From positions 3,286,001 through 3,350,000 of the forward strand of contig OU015569.1 of assembly GCA_907165135.1 (NCBI GenBank): a stretch of DNA of 64,000 nt. The letters run 5' to 3'. The stretch comes from Oikopleura dioica. Its lineage: Eukaryota; Animalia; Chordata. The notes beneath the pieces are model-generated. The model was not told where the DNA came from and made no database searches. It worked only from the letters and a program-made list of their open reading frames with translations. Made by a program: the position numbers and the translations under genes. Every line of letters starts with the position of its first letter. Within the stretch, counting starts at the first letter, position 1. Below are positions 1 to 13,230 of the stretch, piece by piece.

Positions 1-3000
1 GACTCGTTTGCTTTCTCCGGGTAAAAACGACGTGATTCCGCAAGTATCATGTCAAGTTTTTTCTCGTCAAGCAAGCCGATGCCGCCTCTACTTACTTCTT
101 CCATTGAAAAGAATACCTACGAGGAATGTTATCTAGTTCTGAAAGAAGAAAACTTTTTAAAGCTAGCTTATTCTAAAAGCTTTTATAGCCTCATAGGAGT
201 CCAGCAAGAAGCTAAGTAAAAGAATAAACTTCTACTCCTATCATGGTGCATTAATAACTGAATATGTAACCTTGCAAGCGCGGCGTATAAAGCTGGTTAC
301 AGAGAGCTGGCCTGTCTCGGCTTCTCTGCGCAAATGATCCAGGCGAGATTGGGCGGCATGGGAGAGCTCAATAGAAAAAGCAGCTGAGCTTTGCTGAGCT
401 TGAACAACAGCATTGGCGGCGTTTTGAGCGGCGGCAGTAGCTGCACAGTACCCTGGCGTTGACACTTGGTATCCTCCACCATGCTCCCCTGTGTAAATCA
501 CCTCTACCTGAAAAGAGAGAATGACCACCTGCAAAAGGATAAACAGTTGCAAATCAAACAAAAAAATACATGCTTCTACATTTTAATCCTGCGAAACCTG
601 CTTTATTGGCCTTTTATAATTGTATTTATGGTGCATTCTTGCAGTGAACTTTATTGGGCAATATATTCCAGTAGCTCTAAACTCTACAAAAGTAGCTAAA
701 ATATGAAGTGACTCAGAAAGACATGACCTAAAGTTAGGTAATACTGACACTGTCTGGGCGCATAAGTGGTAAAAGATAGGCTGGACGATGTACATTATAT
801 TAAGATATTATTTAGGGTCAGACTTGTATCGCCTCGTGCACGGTTTTGAGCAGCAACAAAGAAATATGAATGGGCATCTGATCGGTTACTTTTTGTAGAA
901 TAAGAATATGAACTGTCCTGGAGGTCTTTACAACTCAGGTATACAGCTATTAGTCTATCTTGTTTATCTGTGCCACGTGAATTATCATTTTGTCGGTGGA
1001 AATGGATGCATATATAAACGAATATATATGAGTAGATAAATAAATATAGATATTATAAAAGTTGAAGTTGTGAGACGATGTTGGTAGTCTGGGCACAAGG
1101 CTGTATTAATTTCAGTAATTTTGAGTGAATATTCTAAATTCTAGACAAAATTTCTAGAAAAACTAGCGGCTAGATTAAGAGTCCATCTCTCTTATCTGCG
1201 ACGCAAACTCAGGCGCCTCAAGTGCTAAGGTCCCTCTTCCGAGCGGTAGTCCCGCGAAATAACGCGAGTCGGACATGTAACGCGGCATGGATCCATTCTG
1301 CGAGAAGTTAGGCCATGCAGAGGGCGCCATCACTTGTGCGCGGCCGGTCTGCCAATGAGCTGCTCGCTTAGACTTACGAGGGGTCACTAGACGCAAAAAA
1401 GCGCTCCTTTTAAGGGGCTGGGGTCGACGAGAAAATTTTTTTCGATTTTCAAAGTTTTTAGGACTTCTCAATTAAAAAAAAGGCTTTGTTGTTAGCTTTT
1501 GGGAATACTAACTTTTGATCGCAAAATTTTCGATTTTCAGTCTGGAATTCACGATTTTTAGATGATTTTAAGTATATTTTTTTCTTACAAAAGTAATCAT
1601 GATCATATTTATATTTATAAGACGTAGGTTTTTAAATATTTAACTAATGTGTAATTACAATTATCGAGTCTCTGTGACTTGCACAAAAATGTGTAAAAAT
1701 ATGGATTGTAAACGATGTTTTTTAATCAGAAAGACATTATTTTCACATGAGGTAATCCTTATTATTCGATTGCCACTGTATTTTAAGACTTAAAACCATT
1801 GGGCTTATGCCGAGCTGCGATTTTATGTTCACGACAAATTTTCAAAATGAAAAATCTATGAAAAAAATTAGCCAATCTACCGGCCAATCAGTGGCCAGTT
1901 ACTTTTTTCGGGAAAAGTTTGTCGCGAACAAAGTATCGCAGTTTGGCACTTTCCCAAACTTTAATATTTGAAAAGGAAAAAAGTAAGGTTCTATGGTTTT
2001 TAAGGGATCCCCCCCCCCCATTCGGCCAACTTTGAGGTCGAACTACTTTTTTTCGGGCTTAGCTATCTTAGACCTGAGGGGCATTTTTTGAAGCCCATTT
2101 CTTAATGAGCAATCTCTAGAATGGAACTTAAATTTGAAAAGGCGAATCACCTCTAAAAAAAGCCGGCAAGACATTGATAGTCGCCAAAACCCTTGTTTTG
2201 GGCCATTTTCAAAATCGATCTTTTTCAAATCGGGAGGGGATCCCTTAAGTTGAAAAATGGTCCCAGTTTGAGCCAATTTTCAGAAAAAATTTTCAAGATT
2301 TTTTTTTGGTTTTCGCCGCTGTAGTTTTCAGAGAAATTCACCTGACCAATTAGAAATTTTCTATCATAGCGGGTTTTTTCCGGAAATTGTTTTTGAAAAA
2401 AAAAATAAATCTCGTCGACCTCCCCCTTAACTTATTCGAGCCGTGCGTTTGGGCGTTTAAGAAGAGTCTAGTCACCCCGTTCCTTTCTGATCTCAGAAAG
2501 CCTGATGGAGAGAGTCTGTCTGACCTCTGCCATGTTCGCCCGGTACCACCGCTGAGTCTCAACCAGAAGAATTGATATTTTATTCTTATCAATATCCTTA
2601 TATTGGTTTTTGAAAAATTTCGCGTTGATACCAAGGAAGTGGTTTTTTCAAGTACCATGCCTTTACGGAGTCGACCATCAATTCACCGGGCTCGAAAATG
2701 ATTTTTGACAAAGTTCGCACAAAGCGGGACATTGACAAGTACTATTGACTGGCTATAGAATCCGTTTGAAATTGAAGCGTGTCAAATTATTATAACGAGA
2801 AGCAGAGTTATTATTATAATTATCTCATTAATGTCTCCCTTATGTTAGAACGCTGGGCTAAAGCTCGATAGAGCGTGAAATTTTCGGGTATACAAGCCAC
2901 GTGGATTAAAAGAGACAACCTTTTTTCGCGAAGACAAGAGAAAACACAGACCACGTGTCAGTCTTGAATTTGAGATTCAATATTGACACTGCTGATTAAC

Positions 3001-6000
3001 TTAAGTTATGAATATATTTTTTCAAAGCAAAATTGAGTTAGGCGGCGAGAATTTAAAAAAAACGAACGCGCGCGCTTCAGATTCTATAGCCGTGTCTCAT
3101 CACCCCTGTTCGCTTCCTGTCTCAGTGCTTGTAGTTCAGCTTTGTGTCCGTTCTGTTCTGCCAGTTTGTCCACACTCGCTACTGAGCACTTGTTAAAGCT
3201 CAAAGGACCGCTCCGCGTGCCGACCAACTTCTGAAGTAAAAATTATGCGGCTGCATTACCGCGAGCGCGAAATAAGCGGAGCAAGCTAGAATCATCGTCT
3301 GTCAATAAATTTTGATCAACCGAAATTAATAATAGTACTGATAACATTAACAGGCGATGATTAAATATGAGAGTATTGAATCAAATTTAAGCTTTTTGTC
3401 GAGAAATACCGTCGCTCGTTTCTAGCGATGGAAAGCTGAAAGCGCAAAAATTTTGAGCGTATTTCTCATTGAAAGGCTATTTGAAGAAGACAAAAAGAGT
3501 GACTCATTTACTTCTCTTACTAGCTAATTTATTGCTTTTACGTTTGATTTAGCGAGCAATTTTGAAAGCGTTGGCGGGTGGCAAGCGTGGCAAATCAGAA
3601 CAGCACAAAGGTGAGCGAAAAGCACTAGAATTCGGTTAATTTTTGCGCAGAATACAACGATAATAAAATTTGAAATCAGTTCCTGCGATAAATAAGAATA
3701 TGTGACTAACCATTGTTATTAATCTAATGGCAGGTCAGTATAACAACCCTGCTATTATTATTAATGTAACTGACATCACCATAAGCACAATGTTCAAAAG
3801 CTGCATTCTGCTTGCTGTTCATTTGCTGTCTGATTTTGCCAAATAGCGGCGGCGGATGGGCACGATCAAGGAAGAAAAACACTTATCTCGATCATTAGCA
3901 ATAACGAGCGCAGAGGGCTTTGGCAATGGTGTTTTTAAGCATTGTTTATGATTATAAATAAGAGACTCGCCAGATCAAATAATAGTGCAGCCTTGACGGA
4001 TTTTATAGAAAAAGTCGCATTGCGTCTCTTATGTTTGATTCTTCATTGAATTTTTCAAGTGCTCTGATTTTAAAAAGCCTGGTCTAAGAAAAGCGCAAAT
4101 TGTATATATCTTGTTATGATTATAGATCAAACGAGTCTCTGGGAGCAAAGATTGTGGCTAGCTGCACTAAAACAAGTTCAGTGCATATAAAACTTCATTG
4201 TGCGAATTTGCGTTGGCTCTGTTACCTGTGAAGAAGGTTGATTTCGCGAAGCATTGTCAGATGACAGTGCAAAGCTCGGAATCGACAATTGGTTCATCGG
4301 GCGCTGAAAACGTTTTTATTTATTCGTTAACTCGCTTAGCTTTAAATGATTCTATTTTCAGATACTAATTTAAATTTCAAATTATAAGATGAGTTATTTT
4401 CGATTTCATCAAAAAAATTTTTTGAGTTTAAAATCAATCTTTGAAAAAAAACCATCTATTGAAAAAATAAATAAAATGATACTTGTCTGATATTAAAAAT
4501 AAAAATCAAAGATAGAAAAGCTTACCTGAAGAGGTGTTTCGAAACTTAAAGGAGGTCGCACAACCGAGCGCATCGGAAGACTTTTGGACGTTCCATTCTA
4601 AAATTGGCAGGTTAACAAAAATTTCATGTTTTTGAAGCTACCGTATCGTCTCCAATAACTTCACAGTCAGAGTCAATATCTTCTTGTTTAGGCATTATTG
4701 GCTCTCGTTGGTGAATTATATCGTTTCGGCCTTCAGAACTAGATAGACCTCCATCTATCACCGAGACTTGAGAAGAAATCACCCCATTTCCTGATGGTAC
4801 TAAAATTGTGATTAATAACTAAAATTTGTGATAAATATCTCCCCCGATTTCGTCAACTTTGAGGTCGAACTACTTTTTTCGGCTAAGCTATCTTTGAGGT
4901 TAGGGGCTCATTTTGAAGCTTATTTCTAAATGAGCAATCTCTAGTATGGAAATTAGAGTTGGCAATGGAAATCATCACCGAAAATAGCTCTGAAGACATT
5001 GATAAGCGTCAAAAACCCAGTTTTAGGGCATTTTCAAAGTCGATCTACTTTTTATTACTCCTATAAATTTCTCATGTTTTATTCTTAACACCTTCCTTGA
5101 TCCCTGATCTACAATCTCGAGTACATTCATCTAATATTTTAAAGGGGTCTGAAATTTTTCTTAACAAAAACTGTCTTGACTGATTTTTGCCATTTTTCGG
5201 ACTTTCTTTGCTCTATAGCGTTTTTACGTGGTAAAATATTTCATCAGATTCAACTTTTTCTGATTCAATTTTTTCTCAGCTATCCATAGAGCCCCTATTC
5301 ATCTGATTCTGTCGACTTGAAAAAACGAAAATTTAGCGAATTTTTTCTAAGTAAAATTTTTTATCAAAATAAGCCATTTTCAAAGCTCTGTTACGGCCAA
5401 TCACGTTACGTACACCCCTTGACATAATATATTAAAATGATCGTTAGTCTATGGAGATTTTAAAAATATGTCAAACAAAAGCTCTCGATGAAATCTTTCA
5501 AATCGGGAGGGGATCCCTTAAGGGTATTAGCCAAGGATTGATATTTTGGGTCTTTAAAGCTTAACATAAGTCGACGCGGAGATCAGTAATCCATTGAATC
5601 AATATTTTCTAACGTAGAATAATATATGGCAATTTAATACCGCAAAATAAAACCAAGTCGCGTAGACGGACCTTAAAACCCGTTTAATCCCTATTTAGAT
5701 TAGGGTGAATATAGACGATTTAAAAAGATATCAACCTCAGATAATGCTTAAGAATAAATCGATTTTATTTTTCATCGTTAGTTACTTACCAGAACTAGGT
5801 ATTGATTGCTCCATCTTTTCTTGTTGTTTAACTATGTCTTCTAAGTTCATGTCATCAACATCTCCATCGGATATGTTGTCAATCTCATTCGAAATCTGCC
5901 GAATAGCATGATGAGGATGAAAAGGGCCGCTCTCCGAAGATGAAGGAAGAACGATAGCACTCGATGAAGAAATTGACGGCGTATTAAGATTACCATTATT

Positions 6001-6622
6001 TTCGATTTCAGTCTTATTTGATGGTTGACAATGCTGATTATTGCTTGGCGCAGCAGTGGCCTGCGTATTTTCTGCGACAACGGAGTCGCGCCGTGAACAA
6101 TTTTCCTAAAAATAAAACAGTTATTTAAACTGCCGCGTATTTGACATATAGCAATGATTTTTTTCATTAAAATGTTCTTACTTGAGGTGATGGAGAAATG
6201 CTTTTGTTGATAGTGACTGTATTTTCACTTTGATTTTGAGTGTTTTCCTTGTTGCTTAGATCTGAACTTAATTGGATGACGGATTTGGGCGTCGGTGGAG
6301 TTGGTTCTGTCCCTGGGGTTGACGGTTTTGAAGACGGGTTAAGTCGGATAATGTTGCCTCTATTTTGAAGCTGTGTTTGGATTGCCTCTTGCAAGTTATT
6401 GAGCGCGTTACGGTTGGCGAGAATGGGGTCTATGGAAATATCGCCAACATCGAATTTCTTCATGCCCTCCATTGACAATGTGTTCGGATTGATAGGAATC
6501 GCCAGAGGAGCGCGCGAAGTAAGTGCCGAAGGAAGATTAAAGGCCGAAGAAAAGGAAGGAGGACGGTGCGCAGACGGATTAGGCCGAGCACGCTTAGGAG
6601 TCATCGGAATCTGAATAATCAT
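1..6622 (-). CDS. Multi-exon gene, low-complexity N-terminus with a C-terminal BEN-domain-like region; 3' end runs off the window
   Basis: Exons 6182-6622, 5790-6105, 4642-4799, 4526-4597, 271-507 and 1-116 join in frame through GT-AG introns. The C-terminal part SVTSFIRRACKVFFSMEEVSRGGIGLLDEKKLDMILAESRRFYPE resembles the BEN pattern (LF..EE....G...LD..KL..I). The domain call is by eye only. Confidence 0.55.
1808..1948. repeat. Imperfect inverted repeat, ~35-bp arms (MITE-like)
   Basis: tgccgagctgcgattttatgttcacgacaaatttt (1808-1842) matches the reverse complement of 1914-1948 (tgccaaactgcgatactttgttcgcgacaaacttt). Confidence 0.6.
2004..2244. mobile_element. Non-autonomous DNA transposon (MITE) with TTAA flanks and GG..CC termini, Kolobok-like
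   Basis: TTAA|GGGATCCCC...GGGGATCCC|TTAA. A diverged second copy lies at ~4835-5518. Confidence 0.75.
4835..5518. mobile_element. Second copy of the 2004-2244 MITE, interrupted by a ~450-bp insertion
   Basis: Shares caactttgaggtcgaactactttttt, gagcaatctctag and gacattgata with the first copy. Homology breaks near 5050 and resumes at ttcaaatcgggaggggatcccttaag (~5497-5522). Confidence 0.7.
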
Positions 6623-7410
6623 TTAAATCCACTACCATCAAATATGATTTAGAAATTGAAAATTTTAAACTTGACTCTTGACAATGGCGTATTAAGTTGG
6701 AATTAACGCCGCAAAATACGAAACCGCACACATCAGATCAAAAATTTGAATTAAATGGGCAGCCGCGATGGTTTTTTAAAGTGCAGCGCACTTAATCGTC
6801 TTTCTTGCCGCATTTCTTTATTCTGTTTGTGCATTAAAAGCCGCGAATAAGCTATGTGCTTCAAATAGTAATAATCGGGGCCCGTCTGCTAGTTCTAGCT
6901 CTCGGGGGTTAGAAATCAATAATATGATAATGCTAGATATTCCGCAGGGCAAGTTCAGACCCAATCCTGAAGCTATTTTCGAAGGCTAATTTCAGTCCTA
7001 CGAATAAGAAAGGTACACGGTCGCGTAGCTACCGGGTCTAGTAGAATTCGAAGCAAAAAGCTAGAGTTAAGTACGATACTGGTGATGTTGGCGCGCACGA
7101 CACCTATCCGAAGCAATGTCACCCGTTCTAGCCACCTGCTCAACCCACGGAAAAGTAAAAATGGAGAAAAAAAGAAAAAGACTGAGGCTTCTTTTAAAAA
7201 TCAGTTAAGATGAATGCGGAAAAAGTAAATCAATATTTAATCAAACTGAAAAATGGAAATAAAATAATTTAAATAGCACAATTGATATTTCGATTTGTCT
7301 CAAAAGAAAAAAGTAGGAAATCATGAACTGCGCAATTCGTAAATATTTTTCATGCGTTGTTTTATTGAGGCTAGTTTTGCACGAAAACGAAGACCAATGT
7401 AAGCTGTAAT

Positions 7411-7814
7411 TACTTAGTATCGCTTCCGGCAAAGTACAACAATTTTCAGCGATACTCATAACAAGAGATATTATGAAGATAAGCAATTTGCTATCTTTTT
7501 GCGCGTGGCAACGAATTTAATTAAGGACAAAGAGTAACATTTACCTGTAATTCGGGGGATTGGTATTTGAAGAGAAGCTCATTTTGAAAGTCGTTTATCT
7601 AAAGGAATTGCATAAATTTGATGGCGAAAGCAATGCTTTGAACAACGATTTAGAAGAAATCGTAAACAATCTTTTGTATAGTAAAGGTCCGCCTGAGAAG
7701 GTCATAAAGACAAATTCTGAAAATGCAACGTATCGAGAGGGATTCGCCTTCTTCTGGCATCGTATCGTTAATACGTTAACCTATCACGCGCGTAGATTAT
7801 TACAATTGACCTGA
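7411..7814 (+). CDS. Small hypothetical spliced gene, last exons only
   Basis: Open frame YRFRQSTTIFSDTHNK...IKDK, a GT donor, then terminal exon EKLILKVVYLKELHKF...RLLQLT*. No recognisable family. Confidence 0.35.
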
Positions 7815-8170
7815 CTTAACCTTTTCAATATATTTTTTATAGAACTGAATTTAAAAGGATATTTATTAAACGAAGCGAATGATACCCCTTGTAGCTCCCT
7901 ACATAAGAAAATAAATATCAGAATGATTTATAGAAAAAAAAATTAACAGCTTTATTTTTCTACTTTTGTCAAGTCGGTAATTTGTGTGCTTGCAAGTATG
8001 AACAACAGAGCCAAATTTTAGCCTGAAAGTATGAAATAAGTCTTTGTCAAAAAATAAGCAAATAACGTGTGAGTTGGATTTTTAAATTTCTGTTGTAGTT
8101 TTAAAAGGAATATGAAAATAAATAATTATTGAAAATAGACTGACATTTTTTTTTCTGAAAGATTGTCAAT

Positions 8171-8976
8171 CTAAGATTGACAAGTGGGTTCGTCCTTAAC
8201 GTTATCGCTCAATAAAATTGGGTGTGGTAAGATCCTAAATCTTTTTACCGCCTTGACCTGACCGTAAACCACGTCGCTATTCTTAAAATTAAATTCTAAA
8301 ATAAAAATTAAGATAGTGCGATTATTTATTTTATTCTGTTTAAATACATCATCGACGTCAAACACTCATTAAGAAACGAAGTTAATTTTTGCTAAAATAC
8401 GTGCCCATAATTCACTATTTTTTCCTTAAATCGACAAACCTAGTCGTAGAATAATTTTCAAATTTTGAATCAATAGAGTCTGTTTTAAGGCCATTCTTTT
8501 AGGAAGAAGAGTTTCTCTCGCTGACGGTGTGGTGAGTTTAGGGAGTGTGGTGCGAAGCCGCTAGTGAAAGCACAATGTCAAGAGCAAGTTTTAGAAAAAA
8601 AGAAAGGGAGCTCTTCGCCGCGATATCGAGAGTATTGACGGCAATTTAAATTGAAATTTTAATTTTTTAAAATGTCATAAAATTAATCATACCTGTTGAG
8701 TGGCATGGCGCTTATTTCTGATATTGACTGGAAGAGCACCTTGGTTCGGAGTTGTTGCGTCCGGACTGGGCGGAGGAGAAGGGGGCGCCGCTTCCGAGGA
8801 TTCCCAATACAGTGTGCACTGTATCAAAAATTAAAAGCGGCGGAAGAAAAAGATGTTACCTGAACGCCAGAGTCGTTGACGAGGATAGACCATCTGGGCG
8901 GCAGCATTTCAGAAAGATTCTGATTGTTAAGCGCCGCCCAAAACGCGCTCGGTATGCTTTCGAACACGGTCGCCAT
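8171..8976 (-). CDS. Hypothetical protein
   Basis: Exons 8860-8976 (MATVFESIPSAFW...) and 8693-8818 join in frame across a 41-nt GT-AG intron. Downstream exons down to ~8171 are uncertain. Confidence 0.5.
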
Positions 8977-9925
8977 TAGTGTAACTGCTGCCACTGTAGC
9001 TGGCCAAGGGTCTGTCTCTATAACGTATTTGGGCGGGCGGCTATTCTCTGTGGCGCATTCGCGCGCAGTGCGGCGTGTATTTCGGGCCTCTCTCCCTATT
9101 GATCCTATTTTGGCTTATAATCTCTCTAGCGCCACGAGGATGCGGGTTTAGGGGACAGCAGTAGCGGGAGCGCAGTTTATCGTAGGTAGATAGAGCTAGT
9201 ACGTGCGCCGGTCTAGTGAAAGTCAAGAGCAGCTCACTATGTTTCTTGAAGCTCATCAGCGTTGACATCAGCGCCGCGGTGCCCAGGAGATCAGAGCTGC
9301 TACGCTCCCGACTTCAGTTCTCTGTCGACGGCGCTCTTCTTGTCCGCATCCATTGCAAGCCCCACAAGCAGCCCTTCAACTTAGCCTTTCTTCTTCCGGC
9401 CAGTCAGAAGACCGTATTGGGCATGCGCGTAATGCAGCGCCGCGTGCGGCCTCTATTTCGCGCTATTCGCTAAACAAAAATAATGGAGACCTGCTGCAGC
9501 TATAATACACTACGACTAGATTTACCGCACTTGGTCTCCTTCAAGTCCAAAACGACATCGAAGGCGCGATTCGAATTCGCACCACACCGTCCTCGAGCTT
9601 TAGCTCTAATGCTAAGGCTTTATACTAGACACAAGCTGAAGCACACAGCCACGAAAGAGCTTTTTAATTTCAGCAGAGAGCGCACGTTCGCTGTGCCCAA
9701 GGCACGACAACCCCAATAGCCTTTATCAATCGTTAATAAGTTTTCTTCTCCTCTTTATCAATTTTTCTCAACCGAAAATGACTGAAAAATTGGATGAAGC
9801 AGAGATGAAAGATTTCAAATTCTGTTGGATACGAATTTATGATATTCATTTCTAGTCTAAACATGGTATTCTAGCGCAGAACAATAATAAGTTTTGCGTC
9901 AAATAGGAAAAAAAGACTTCTTTAA

Positions 9926-10257
9926 GGACTCCCCCCCCTGTCAGCATTTTTCGAAAAATCAATTTTCGAAATTTCAAAATTTTGACCCCCGGAATTGGAT
10001 TCTACGGGTCTAAAAACGATTTTAGGCTTCATTTTTTCGACTCTAACACCCTCAAAATCGCGTTTGAAAATTGGAGTTTTCGTCGAAAAATGACGAGAAT
10101 GTGCAATTTTTGGTAGAATTGTTGAGATTTTTGGTCAAAACTTGCTCAGGACAAGATTTTATACTTAATCTTACTTTCAGACGCATTCAGAACAAAAAAT
10201 ATAGCATTTTTAAAAATTTTCATTTTCGTAGAAAGGTGAAAATTCGGTAGAGGGTCC
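9926..10257. mobile_element. MITE with TTAA/TTAG flanks and GG..CC termini (Kolobok-like)
   Basis: TTAA|GGACTCCCCCCCCTG...GTAGAGGGTCC|TTAG, with an A/T-tract-rich interior like the 2004-2244 element. Confidence 0.5.
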
Positions 10258-13230
10258 TTAGTCAATTAAATGAATGCGCGTATATAGAAAGGGACATCGA
10301 GAATTCAGAAAGTTTAACATGTTCAGTGAAGTGCACAAATCGAACCGGCTTCTGAACATCAGATGAAGATCCTCTTAAACTTATTATATTTCTTTTGTTG
10401 AATTTACTAAAGCGTGAAATTAAGGTCTTTCAAGTAGATTTTGGTTACTTCTGATGATGACAAGTTACTTAATAAAGTTCACTCATAGAATATAAGCGTG
10501 GATTTTACTAAAAGATCGAAAAGCAATAATTTCATATCGTTGAGAGTAACAGTCATAAAAATAGCGATAAAAGTGCTATTTGAGAGTTTTGACTGTGAGA
10601 CGGAACCATGAAAGTCTAAAAATCGTCAGAGGCTGGCCTATGTTTATGCCAGACTTTTAAGAGCATCTTGGGTTAATCAATTAACTAGATAAAGGCTCGT
10701 TCTCTGTCACGTCTTAAAACAAGCCCTGTGATTGAATCAAATCGGTACCTTTAATGATGATAAAGACATATTTACAACTCCCTGAAGGGAATTTTAATTC
10801 AGCGAGCGAGTAATAATCCAGGATTAATACTCCTTATTTTGGAATTATTTATGTACTTTTATCCATATTCGATTATATTTCCTACGTACTTTTAGTTCTA
10901 CGACTCAGTCTCGACAAAAATATATATAATCAAAAATTTTATGTTTATAAAGCTTACGTCAAGAAAAAAATGCTTTCCTTAGTGATACAGGCAACTAGAC
11001 TAAAAGAGTTAAAATTGGCTGTGGTGCGACCAACGATCCCAACCACCAATGTCAACGTGGCTGTCACGCTCGTTAAGGTGATTTTCGACTCTTGAAGGCA
11101 AGTTCAAAAGAGAAAGGCGCTGCAGCTAGAATCGCTCAGATTTTCATATCCACGCACTTCTCAAGTCGCCATTCATTCATCAAGGGTAAGACAGAGCAGC
11201 CTTTCTAAAGGAGGCGCCAATAATTGATGCTCTAATACAATTTCCCGCAGAAAATTCGAGTTTATTTTTATTTTAAATATATAACATGCTACGAAAGTGA
11301 AAGTCTTTGCTATTTTTTTTTGCGACTAATAACTCACAAACAACGAAAAATACGAATAAATTTAAGAATTAAGTCAGTAAGTGCTTTTGCCGATGTTCAA
11401 ACCTATAGAAGAATTTCAGACGCCGTCAAGTTTGATAAACTCGACTGTTTCTAAAATTTGCTCCCTTTGATGTATAGTTAAATAAATGGTGCAGTAACTA
11501 GACCGTTTTTGTTTAATTTTTAGCTAGCCAGGAACTTCTGAAAGGGATTTTAGGGAAGCCGTACGTGATGCGCGACCAGACGTTTACACTACCTTCAGAT
11601 GCTAAACTACTGCACCAACTCTCTGAATATAGCTTAAGACAACACTAATTTTTCTTTTCGTGCATTAGATCACCAGCTCCTTTCCAAAAATAATTTCATC
11701 CAGCCGGAGGGGTGTTCCCTTAGCCTCGCGCTCTGGATGCACTCTTCGTCAAAATTGAGCCTAAATATAGAGACTAGTATTAAGTGTACCCCGCCGAGGA
11801 TTATTTCATGTTTTGAATAATTTAAAAGAGCGTTGCGTGACGATATATGCGCTCATTAAGCAACACCATTTTTTGAATAAGGGCGAAGCCGGAATAATTA
11901 CCTCGTATATCCTATTTTGAACTAGATTACTTCTCGTCTTAATGAACTTTTTCTTTTTTATTCGTATTGAAATGCTTTGAAATCATGGTTTTCTAAAGGA
12001 ATATTTTCTTAAATTTTGTGAGACAGTATTATGTTCACTGTACGATTACTGTAGCGATGTGATGAAGTTACAGTGGTGGATGAGTTTAAATCTATGGAGA
12101 GCGCTTGGCATTGGAACTTGAGTGTAACAAAATAGCATGGAGAAAAGTCAAGATTATCTTGTTCCCCAAGAAGATTTTCTTGTTCGCCATAATGTGGAAA
12201 AAATCCTACTTTCAGGCTCGCTGCAGAGCTAGTCTTTCGCGATGCGATACCTGCAATAAGCTTTCAATAATCCCCGCGCTATATCAGCAAAGTACAAGTC
12301 AGAAATTGAGAAACCGCGCGACAAGTTCAACCGGCTTACTAACAGTCAATTGAAAAATGGCTCTTATATTAGAAAGAATTAAAGATCATTTGAAGTTGTA
12401 CGAAGGATTACTGTCACTCAAAGAATTATTGCCACAAAAAAAGGAAAAAATCTAATTCCCAAATGGTCCCTTCGAAATCGAGTTGACATTCATTTTCGCT
12501 ATTAAAGAATCTGAAGATAACGATTCTGACATTTAAAGATATTCATGGTAACCTTCAGAAATCTGCGTATTTTTAGTAAGCGCAATACGAATGTTCTTCG
12601 TTGGGATTGAAAGTTACTTTTTTTCCAAAGATAAAATGTTTGAATCGAGTTGTACTTGTTGCGATTATTATTAGCATGAAACCTTTTAGAAAGTAGAATC
12701 GTGTTTTTTCGAATCAAGGAGGTAAGCCCTTCGCCGAGAAATGCTTGTAATACATTTTTCTGCGGGTAGAAAAAACTTTCAACTTGGCTCGATGGACACT
12801 GTACTGGTTCTTAGAAAGGAGCTAGTGAGACACCAAGGAGTATTTAGGCTTAGAGCACGTTTGCAGTGAAAACTATTTTTACGAAGATAAAAATTACTGC
12901 TTCGCCGTATTGCAAAACATCGAGACGCAATATACTAGACGCAGACCATCCTTTTCAAATGGTAAACTATAAATAACAAGTCCTTGTTACCACGCACTCA
13001 TCTAATTGAGATTCGATTAGTAGCGCACTGACTGTCCCCCTATCGAATTCGAGCTGCGTACCAAAATCTACCGCGGAATAAGGAATAACTTCTTAGCTAT
13101 AAAGGCACTTTTTAAAATAAATTTAAAATACTACTCCGGAATCAAAAATTCAAATTTTAAAACACACACAAATATTATAAGTTCGGTAAAATTGTGATTT
13201 TGAGTTTATTCGCGGGGGTCGGATTTGCAT

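Noticed and set aside
3123-3193. Imperfect hairpin (cagtgcttgtag...ctactgagcacttg) as a possible intronic pre-miRNA
   Set aside because: Pairing is asymmetric with large bulges, and I cannot match it to a known miRNA.
9000-9720. GC-rich stretch with several 75-85-aa ORFs; possible LTR or retroelement fragment
   Set aside because: No second LTR copy, primer-binding site, gag/pol motif or consistent splice structure.
10300-12720. Scattered short frames and splice-like signals
   Set aside because: I could not assemble a consistent in-frame gene model.
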